A stretch of 64,000 nucleotides of DNA from Macrostomum hystrix (Eukaryota; Animalia; Platyhelminthes), in NCBI GenBank assembly GCA_950097015.1, contig CATNEN010000037.1, positions 620,001-684,000 of the forward strand. The letters run 5' to 3'. Of this stretch, positions 16,401 to 24,213 are shown in pieces; positions within the stretch are counted from its first letter, which is position 1, and every line of letters starts with the position of its first letter. The notes beneath the pieces are model-generated. The model ran no database searches. It had not been told where the DNA came from and saw only the letters and a list, made by a program, of their open reading frames with translations. The position numbers were made by a program, and so were the translations under genes.

Positions 16401-19400
16401 TCAACTACGGGAACCTTCAGGAGCAGAAGAGTGCCTGCTACAGGCGACTTCTTGAGATGCCTCATCTGTCAGATGCCAATCAACAATCACTGGAAGAATT
16501 CAGCGACACCCTACGTCTCACTCTCGGACAACTAACCCGCCTGAGTGAACCGACTGCTGCGATGGATGCCTACATCTTTGCGTTGTGGCCAAAGCTACCC
16601 CAGTGCATACAAACAGACATCCAGGACTTTCGGATAAAAACAGGCAAAACACTGATGCCTACGATGGTCGAGTTACAGGAACATCTCGACACAAAGCTTC
16701 GTGCTCTACGTGCAACTGCAATCTCATCACAGCAACACGCCACTTCTATTCCCTATGCAGGCGCCAGCCTCATAAATGCTTCCTCTTCCCACCGTTCTAC
16801 GCCAAAGAAAACGCATCCTTCTACCGACCGATACTTATCTTGCAACCAGAAACCCAGTAGCTCTTACAACTTACGAAAGAGCGAGGTAACATGCGCCTAC
16901 TGTGATAGAAGTGGCCATATGTCTCTCCAATGCGAGCGAGTCAGCCATCCGGACGACCGTCTGAACATCGTAAGGCGCAAGAGGTTATGCTTCAACTGCC
17001 TACGCACGCATGCCCTACGGGACTGCCAGTCACAGAACCGCTGCCGAGAATGCAAAGCCCAGCACCATACCTCCCTTCATGGTTCTCGCATTGTAGAGGA
17101 CAGAAACACAGGAGCAACCAACAAGACCAGAAGCAACGAGCCCAGCAAACCCAAGGTCAGTTCACATCTCAGTGCGATGTCTCCGGATCCAACAGATACC
17201 GTGGTTAACCCTGAACCTGTCAGTGCAGTTGCTTGCATCTCATCGACTCACGATGGTAGGCTGAAACCCACAGTCCTGGCAACATTCTCAGCTCCCGCTG
17301 TGAACCCATCAACTGGAGAATCGGTAAACGTTACTGCTTTGATCGATGGGGGCTGCAGCTATACCTACATCCGGAGAGACATCGCTCGCCAACTTGGGCT
17401 CCCAGTCCTGGCAAAGTTCAACATCGTCAGCTCTGCCTGCCATGTTACCACCCGCCGTCATATTCAGGCTGAAGTCGTTCGACTTGAACTCGCCACGCAG
17501 ACAGGCCAGCGAATGCCTATTCGAGTCCTCTCCATTGCTCACATCGCTCCAGCAATCTACCTTCAAGCCTTTTCCCTGCCCAAGGACATTACGACGTCCC
17601 TGAAGCACCTACCCTTAGGAGTAACGAACACCCCTCCAACAGAGGACAAGGAGGTGCGACTTGATCTCCTAATTGGTAACGACTATGCTCAACGCCTCAT
17701 CGGTCCAAGTGTCGGTGCTATACCACTGCGCCCAAGTTTTACTGCGCATCTCACTCCTTTTGGAACCATTCTAACGGGCTCTCTCGATGATCCCACCAAC
17801 CTATTTTCGGACACCATCCTCAGCAACTCCTTTTTTTGTCAGGCACAGTCGGACAATCTCGAACGGCTCGTGGATCGAATGACCAGTCTTGAAGTCCTCG
17901 GTTTAGAGCAAAGCACTGATCCCCCCATTTTCCCGGCCGATGAGCTGACTACCCAGCTTCTTGCGACTGCCACACGCCAGCAGGACGGCCGGTTTTCAGT
18001 CGCTCTCCCTTTTAAAACAGGAGCAGACCATTGTACAAGACCTCTGTCTCTGTCCCAGCTCCTCCAATCAAACTTTCACACCGGACCATGCTTCCTTCGT
18101 CGACCCTTTGAGTCGTGGCCTTCCTTTGAGCAACCTGTGTCAACCAATAATGACAACACGATTGCCGCATTACGACCACCCGTTAGTGTTCCAACTGTCA
18201 GCCTGCTGGACAACTGCGCTACAAATTGCCAGGAGCCGCCCGGTGGCATGGATATAGCTCGCTTTCGCCGTCTTAGCACGCTAACTGGTGCGACTGCCTA
18301 CGTGTTACGTTTCGTCACACGTAGCACCGCTCGTGGCTTCCCCGACGCATCCGAGCGGAACGCAGCTCTACTAAAATGGGTTCAGTACACCCAAAAGCAG
18401 TATTATCAGAAGGCCCTATCAGCACTTGAATCTCGAAAGCCTAGCTCGTGTCAGTTAGTCAAACAGCTAGCCTTATTCCTCGACAAGGACGGTTTCCTAC
18501 GGCTAGGATCACGCATGGCAAACTCGACCTTAAATTCAGACGCCCTTTACCCACTACTGTTGCCTGCGGACTGTCGTCTAATTCGTCTCCTCATACTACA
18601 CATGCATGAACAAGGTGCTCACGCGTCTCCAAGCTTCGTTCTGAACCGCTTACGGGAGCGCTTCTGGATTGTTCGCGGTCTCTCCACAGTTCGTAGCATT
18701 CTCCACAACTGTCTATCTTGCCGCTACGCTAAAGCTCCTCCTATGGCTCTCCCACCTCAGTTACCACCAGAACGATTGGACTCCACACAACCAGCCTTTT
18801 GTTCGATTCTGATTGATCAGCTAGGTCCAATTCATACATATGAAGCCAAAACTCGCACTTCAACGAAGCGATGGGCCCTTGTACTTTGTTGCGCAACTAG
18901 CCGTGCGGTCCATTTGGAGTATCTTAGCGACTACTCGGCAGACGCCGTGCTACATTCATTCGAACGTTTTTGGGCGCGTCGTGGCCTTACAGAAGGCACA
19001 ATTTTTCTAGATCAAGCCACCTCATTTCAAGCCTCTGCAAAATTCATTAACTCACTCCTGGAACCCGTCTTCCAGCGGAAAATTTATCACGATCTACAGC
19101 CATTTGCAGCCATGCACCAGCTGCGCTTTAAGTTTGCTCCCGTCCGCGCACCTTGGCATCAAGGTGCAGTCGAACGCCTCGTCGGTCTCGTAAAATCCAG
19201 TCTCCGTCCCACCCTCTGGCGCCGGCGTATCAATGACGACGAACTTCAGACCATCCTTTGCAAAATCGAGGCGCAATTAAACTCGCGCCCATTGACCGCT
19301 CTCACAGCTGATCCAGCGGATCCACGCCCTCTCACTCCGGCTTGCCTGGTGTCGCCGGGTACGCGTTTGGATTTTCCGGGTCATACAGACCACCTCCTAC

Positions 19401-21089
19401 CGCCTGCGGGCTCAACGGTGGCAGACGAGCTTCGTGCCGCTTATCGCCGACGTGAGCAAATCCTAGACGCCTTTTGGGACCGCTGGCGCCGCGACTATGT
19501 TCAACATCTGCAGTCTATACACCTACAGGACCGTCGTAGATTTCGCGGTAACTACTACCAACCCCGTGTTGGCCATCTCTACCTTCTTGTGGACAAATCT
19601 CCTCGTTCTAGCTGGAAGACCTGCCGCATCATCGCTATTCACCCAGCGGCAGATGGGATAACTCGCTATGTCACCGTCCAGACAAGTTCTGGCGCGCAAT
19701 CACGTCGCTCCGTTTCGCACCTGATTCCACTGGAAGCCGACGAAGCCCATTGCGCGCCCCCGGAGAACGACAGAAAGTCGAACGACAAAGAAATCCATGA
19801 ACTCTGCCCATAACTCAACAGCTAAATGCCACAATTCGCTAAACTGTTAAATTATTACAATAACTACTACAAGCTCTTGTTCATCGCATGCACTACAGAA
19901 CACAGTATCCTTGTTCACTCCACCATTCGTTGCTTACACTCTCAGCCTTCGCGCCCCCGAACCTGTCGAGATAAACATCTCTCCATAATATTTATAATTT
20001 ATGTCTTAATTTTCAGTTGCTCACCCAGATTTATTCTACATTTGTTTGTTCCCGCAATGCTGCACTCCAGCTCACTTAGCATTCTGATTCCCATAGAATT
20101 CCACACCGCAGTGTAATATCACTTTAAATTTACGCTCGTACTTCTCTCAGCATTCGCTCCTCCCATAGACACCCCTTACTGTACCCTCCATCGTTCTAGC
20201 TACACTTAAATATACTAAGCAAAGATCTTTCTCAGACTTACGTCTCATAATTCAACCACAGCATAAATAACAATAAACATTCTTTCCTTAACGGAAATCT
20301 TACATTATTTCCTAAACGGTAGCCGGTAGCCGGTCCAGATGCCTGTTGGAATACCGGTAGCCGGTCCAGATACCTGTTGGAATACCGGTAGCTGGTCTAG
20401 ATGCCTGTTGGAATACCGGTAGCCGGTCCAGATACCTGTTGGAATACCGGTAGCCGGTCCAGATACCTGTTGGAATACCGGTAGCCGGTCCAGATGCCTG
20501 TTGGAATACCGGTAGCCGGTCCAGATACCTGTTGGAATACCGGTAGCTGGTCTAGATACCTGTTGGAATACCGGTAGCTGGTCTAGATGCCTGTTGGAAT
20601 ACCGGTAGCAGATTTAATTACCAAGCTAGCAGATGAATCACGTGACCTGCCCGCACTCGCACTGAGCCAGGCCGGCGCATCAACGCTTTGGTGTGCGGCA
20701 GTCGGGCCCACCTGCAGCAGGACGCTGTGGCTCAGCGTAGCGTATTTCGCAATATTCTAATGCACGGCTTCCACCTGCTAGTCTGGCTTTGCTGTGTTCG
20801 CAACGTGAAGGACACCCAGTGCGGCTTCAAACTGCTAACTAGGGACGCGGCCCACCTGCTATTCTGTAATTTGCACGTTGAACGCTGGGCCTTCGACTGC
20901 GACCTGCTTTACTTGGCTAATCAATTTCGCGTCACTGTTCGCGAGGTGCCAGTTAATTGGACTGAAATTGAAGGCTCTAAGATTATTCCAGTGTTTAGCT
21001 GGCTGCAGATGGCATTCGACATTGTTCTGATTCGGCTGCGCTATCTGCTTGGAGCATGGAAGATTGAATCGCGGCATCGGCTGGAGTGA
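13435..21089 (+). CDS. ALG5: Dolichyl-phosphate beta-glucosyltransferase (GT2), exons 13435-13755, 14306-14549, 20671-21089; 327 aa
   Basis: N-terminal TM helix; SVIVPAYREE, YE|VIVVDDGSDD, NLGKGGAVRRGM, LLFADADGAT, VCGSRAHL, KDTQCGFKL, RWAFDCDLL, VNWTEIEGSK, which are ALG5 motifs. Canonical GT-AG sites in compatible phases (0, 1). Length is close to human ALG5 (324 aa). Confidence 0.96.
13800..14270. repeat. Degenerate ~31-bp tandem repeat (ttaatccttcca.atcctcagattgatcaa.cgg) in ALG5 intron 1
   Basis: Recurrent ttaatccttcc and cagattgat motifs at ~30-bp spacing. Confidence 0.75.
14561..15453. repeat. 31-bp minisatellite (gatacctgttggaataccggtagctggtcca), left arm, with 161-bp higher-order repeats
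   Basis: 31-bp period (14581 to 14612); variant gacacc at 14711, 14872 and 15033 (161-bp spacing). Starts ~12 nt after the ALG5 exon-2 donor. Confidence 0.96.
15454..15809 (+). repeat. 5' LTR (356 bp)
   Basis: Starts TGTCGAG; no difference seen by eye from 19964-20319; contains TATA-like taaatata and AATAAA. Confidence 0.93.
15815..15832 (+). other. Primer-binding site complementary to initiator tRNA-Met
   Basis: tggtagcagagcgtggtt matches 16/18 the reverse complement of the animal tRNA-iMet 3' end (TGGTAGCAGAGGATGGTT, from recalled sequence). Confidence 0.8.
15833..19813 (+). CDS. BEL/Pao Gag-aspartic protease-integrase polyprotein (1326 aa from first ATG), RT and RNase H absent
   Basis: CAYCDRSGHMSLQC, CFNCLRTHALRDC, CRECKAQHHTSLH (Gag); ALIDGGCSYTYI (protease); HEQGAH...CLSC (IN zinc finger); ILIDQLGP / FLDQATSF / GAVERLVG (D,D,E); WRRDYVQHLQ...RRSVSHLIPLE. 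No YxDD or LHxFxDAS motif. Confidence 0.93.
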   Translation: MMVNTRTRATSESATAASDSSSNQAMATSGVAANSTSSAPAPVPTGASQAASADSMQQLIGLMVSMMQQQMQMQQQNQQLISQLQTAHSQSNTESNSTSARQQIQRPFTHLNDNALRSVQLPKFDGEDFASFPTFWDSFKYRVDSSKGLSDVDKFEILRGLLTGAAQRKLSGLDACRPGAYEEAQRILELNYGNLQEQKSACYRRLLEMPHLSDANQQSLEEFSDTLRLTLGQLTRLSEPTAAMDAYIFALWPKLPQCIQTDIQDFRIKTGKTLMPTMVELQEHLDTKLRALRATAISSQQHATSIPYAGASLINASSSHRSTPKKTHPSTDRYLSCNQKPSSSYNLRKSEVTCAYCDRSGHMSLQCERVSHPDDRLNIVRRKRLCFNCLRTHALRDCQSQNRCRECKAQHHTSLHGSRIVEDRNTGATNKTRSNEPSKPKVSSHLSAMSPDPTDTVVNPEPVSAVACISSTHDGRLKPTVLATFSAPAVNPSTGESVNVTALIDGGCSYTYIRRDIARQLGLPVLAKFNIVSSACHVTTRRHIQAEVVRLELATQTGQRMPIRVLSIAHIAPAIYLQAFSLPKDITTSLKHLPLGVTNTPPTEDKEVRLDLLIGNDYAQRLIGPSVGAIPLRPSFTAHLTPFGTILTGSLDDPTNLFSDTILSNSFFCQAQSDNLERLVDRMTSLEVLGLEQSTDPPIFPADELTTQLLATATRQQDGRFSVALPFKTGADHCTRPLSLSQLLQSNFHTGPCFLRRPFESWPSFEQPVSTNNDNTIAALRPPVSVPTVSLLDNCATNCQEPPGGMDIARFRRLSTLTGATAYVLRFVTRSTARGFPDASERNAALLKWVQYTQKQYYQKALSALESRKPSSCQLVKQLALFLDKDGFLRLGSRMANSTLNSDALYPLLLPADCRLIRLLILHMHEQGAHASPSFVLNRLRERFWIVRGLSTVRSILHNCLSCRYAKAPPMALPPQLPPERLDSTQPAFCSILIDQLGPIHTYEAKTRTSTKRWALVLCCATSRAVHLEYLSDYSADAVLHSFERFWARRGLTEGTIFLDQATSFQASAKFINSLLEPVFQRKIYHDLQPFAAMHQLRFKFAPVRAPWHQGAVERLVGLVKSSLRPTLWRRRINDDELQTILCKIEAQLNSRPLTALTADPADPRPLTPACLVSPGTRLDFPGHTDHLLPPAGSTVADELRAAYRRREQILDAFWDRWRRDYVQHLQSIHLQDRRRFRGNYYQPRVGHLYLLVDKSPRSSWKTCRIIAIHPAADGITRYVTVQTSSGAQSRRSVSHLIPLEADEAHCAPPENDRKSNDKEIHELCP
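19964..20319 (+). repeat. 3' LTR (356 bp)
   Basis: Direct copy of 15454-15809. Confidence 0.93.
20317..20610. repeat. 31-bp minisatellite, right arm (continuation of 14561-15453)
   Basis: Same unit resumes immediately after the 3' LTR. Confidence 0.95.
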
Positions 21090-21214
21090 TTGCGTTTCCG
21101 AAGCTGTTGAACGGGTGGGGGGTAGGTTATTGAGGCCTGTGTACTTTTAACTGATGGCTTGTTTTCCGCCAGAGGTCGCGAGTTTGATTCTGGTCAAATT
21201 TCAAAGTACATAGC

Positions 21215-21508
21215 GACACAATGATGCGGTCCAGTTTTTCATAGTACATGGAGAGACACAATGATGCGGTCCAGTTTTTCATAGTACATAGAGACACAAT
21301 GATGCGGTCCAGTTTTTCATAGTACATAGAGAGACACAATGATGCGGTCCAGTTTTTCATAGTACATAGAGACACAATGATGCAGTCCAGTTTTTCATAG
21401 TACATAGAGCGACACAATGATGCGGTCCAGTTTTTCAAAGTACATAGAGACACAATGATGCGGTCCAGTTTTTCAAAGTACATAGAGAGACACAATGATG
21501 CGGTCCAG
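21215..21508. repeat. 38-40-bp minisatellite (gacacaatgatgcggtccagtttttcatagtacataga), ~8 copies
   Basis: Seen directly (units at 21215, 21255, 21293...). Confidence 0.93.
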
Positions 21509-21989
21509 TAGCTATTCAAATAAGATCAGTTAAAAGTCACAAATGCCTCAAGGAACCATTATGTAATTTAGATTTTACAGAATCTATGCAATAGTGTTAT
21601 GTTATTTAGCTGTGTTCTAATCATGACAATATTTCTATAGAAAATTAATATTAGGATACCTTTTCGCAGTAATATTGTTGTTAAGTTGTATTTTACAGAC
21701 AAGTTTTAACAAGTTGTATGCGGCTCCATAAACTTTAGTTTTAGCTTTATAATAGGGCCCGATTTAAAAAAAACTATTTGGTAACATTCTTTCACTGCAG
21801 CTCTGATTGTTTTGCAAATTTAAAGTACTGCAAAAATGTGGGGTCTAAAAATATTGCTTTGGTTGGTACTAATAGTAGTTCATTACTTAGGTTTTTTTTA
21901 GTTTTTGCATTCCTTTGTGCTTGCAATGATTCTGTCGCCTAATAATGCTCGTATCTCAATATCCCGTTGGTAGAATCTGGTAGAATTTG

Positions 21990-22420
21990 GTAGAATCTTG
22001 AATTGGGATTTAAAATCCACCAAATAATGGGATCTAACTGGATTTGTCTAATGGGGTATAATAGGGATCTTGAATTGGGATCTAATGGGGATATATTAGG
22101 GATCTTCAATTGGGATCTAAAAGGGAGCTTCCATGTGGATATGTTAGGGATCTGCAATTAGGATATAATAGGGATCTGCAATTAGGATATAATAGGGATC
22201 TTCGATTGGGATCTAAAAGGGAGCTTCCATATGGATATAGTAGGGACCTGCAATTGGGATCTAAAAGGGAGCTTCCATATGGATATAGTTGGGATCTTCA
22301 ATTGGGATCTAATGGGGATATAATAGGGATCTGCAATCGGGATCTAAAAGGGAGCTTCCATATGGATATAATAGGGACCTGCAATTGGGATCTAAAGGGA
22401 TCTTCAATTAGGGTCTCAAG
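21990..22420. repeat. Degenerate tandem repeat built on ttgggatct / gggagcttccatatggatata subunits
   Basis: Recurrent aattgggatctaaaagggagcttccatatggatata..tagggatct blocks. Confidence 0.8.
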
Positions 22421-23140
22421 GGATTTAATATGCATTCTATCTTTATATCCCTAATCTAGAATAATCATGCTGTCTGTTTTTGGCTCAAAAGCAAAGAAAA
22501 TGCGAACAAATTAATTATAAATAAACTGTAATTTGTTAACTTTTTTCTTCTCGGTGTCAACTTTTTGTCTGTCCTGTCATTGCCTATGGCCTATGCAACT
22601 TGCTATGTTAAATAACAAAATGGTTTTTTGCTTTGTCTATCAATAACAAAATATTGTAAGTTTCTAGTTTAACGTTTTTTTGTTCTTTATGTCCTGACTC
22701 TTCTCTCTGCTTTGCTATCAACTTGTTTTATGCATGTGATAATTATATCATCACTTGCACTACTATTCTATGCAACTAACAGTAGTATGCGGTCTTCTAC
22801 AATGTTCCAAAAATGCGACTTTTTGAAAGTATACGAGTTTTAAAGATTTCACACTACTATAAGTAGGGTGATGACAACCGCCAGCTAAAATTTATTTCAA
22901 TTCCTGGAATTTCACAAGCGCTAACGGAGAGGTTTCATAAACACTAAAATGTGAATATAAATCGTCTATTGTTCGGAAAATCAATTTTGTTTAGTGTATA
23001 TTGGGCTGTTTTCTAATTTATGAGAGAGCCAGATTGGTGCGAGCAAATTATGTTTGTCAGTATTTAGCAAAAAGATGGCAATATTATATTATATTTACTC
23101 ATTTATTACTGATAAGCAGATAGGATGATTTAGGTTTAGA

Positions 23141-24140
23141 GTTACCGGTTCCCAAAAATGACACAGCTTGGGTTTGTGGATGGGTTACCGGTTCCCAACA
23201 GTGAAGCAGCTTGTGTTGGTAGATGGGTTACCGGTTCCCAACAGTGAAGCAGCTTGTGTTGGTAGATGGGTTACCGGTTCCCAACAGTGAAGCAGCTAGT
23301 GTTGGTAGATGGGTTACCGGTTCCCAACAGTGAAGCAGCTTGTGTTGGTAGATGGGTTACCGGTTCCCAACAGTGAAGCAGCTTGTGTTGTTAGATGGGT
23401 TACCGGTTCCCAACAGTAAAGCAGCTTGTGTTGGTAGATGGGTTACCGGTTCCCAACAGTGAAGCAGCTTGTGTTGTTAGATGGGTTACCGGTTCCCAAC
23501 AGTAAAGCAGCTTGTGTTGGTAGATGGGTTACCGGTTCCCAACAGTAAAGCAGCTTGTGTTGTTAGATGGGTTACCGGTTCCCAACAGTGAAGCAGCTTG
23601 TGTTGGTAGATGGGTTACCGGTTCCCAACAGTGAAGCAGCTAGTGTTGGTAGATGGGTTACCGGTTCCCAACAGTGAAGCAGCTTGTGTTGTTAGATGGG
23701 TTACCGGTTCCCAACAGTAAAGCAGCTTGTGTTGGTAGATGGGTTACCGGTTCCCAACAGTGAAGCAGCTTGTGTTGTTAGATGGGTTACCGGTTCCCAA
23801 CAGTAAAGCAGCTTGTGTTGGTAGATGGGTTACCGGTTCCCAACAGTAAAGCAGCTTGTGTTGTTAGATGGGTTACCGGTTCCCAACAGTGAAGCAGCTT
23901 GTGTTGGTAGATGGGTTACCGGTTCCCAACAGTGAAGCAGCTTGTGTTGGTAGTGGGTTACCGGTTCCCAACAGTGAAGCAGCTTGTGTTGTTAGATGGG
24001 TTACCGGTTCCCAACAGTGAAGCAGCTTGTGTTGGTAGATGGGTTACCGGTTCCCAACAGTGAAGCAGCTTGTGTTGGTAGTGGGTTACCGGTTCCCAAC
24101 AGTGAAGCAGCTTGTGTTGGTAGTGGGTTACCGGTTCCCA
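23141..24140. repeat. 43-bp minisatellite (gggttaccggttcccaacagtgaagcagcttgtgttggtagat), ~23 copies
   Basis: 43-bp period (23225 to 23268); highly homogeneous; internal ccaaca...tgttgg inverted repeat. Confidence 0.97.
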
Positions 24141-24213
24141 TGTTGATAGTGTGACAAGGGCGATGCAAGTACGCGTATGCGATGGTTTTACTAGTAAGTT
24201 TCAGTCGTGCCCC

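Larger units (their letters stand above)
15454..20319 (+). mobile_element. BEL/Pao (Belpaoviridae-type) LTR retroelement, non-autonomous (no RT/RNase H), inserted in ALG5 intron 2
   Basis: Two 356-bp direct repeats, a PBS, and one ORF with BEL-type Gag (DUF1759-like LPKFDG...FW..F, three Cys/His knuckles), protease, integrase and DUF5641-like C-terminus. Confidence 0.95.

Noticed and set aside
19826-20116. 96-aa ORF after the integrase as an env-like gene
   Set aside because: It runs into the LTR, is short, and has no signal peptide/fusion/TM organisation.
21165-21195. B-box-like agaggtcgcgagtttgattct after the ALG5 stop
   Set aside because: No A-box, cloverleaf or SINE body; too degenerate to call.
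23141-24140. CRISPR-like appearance of the 43-bp (and 31-bp) arrays with internal palindromes
   Set aside because: Units are head-to-tail with no unique spacers, there are no cas genes, and the context is eukaryotic.
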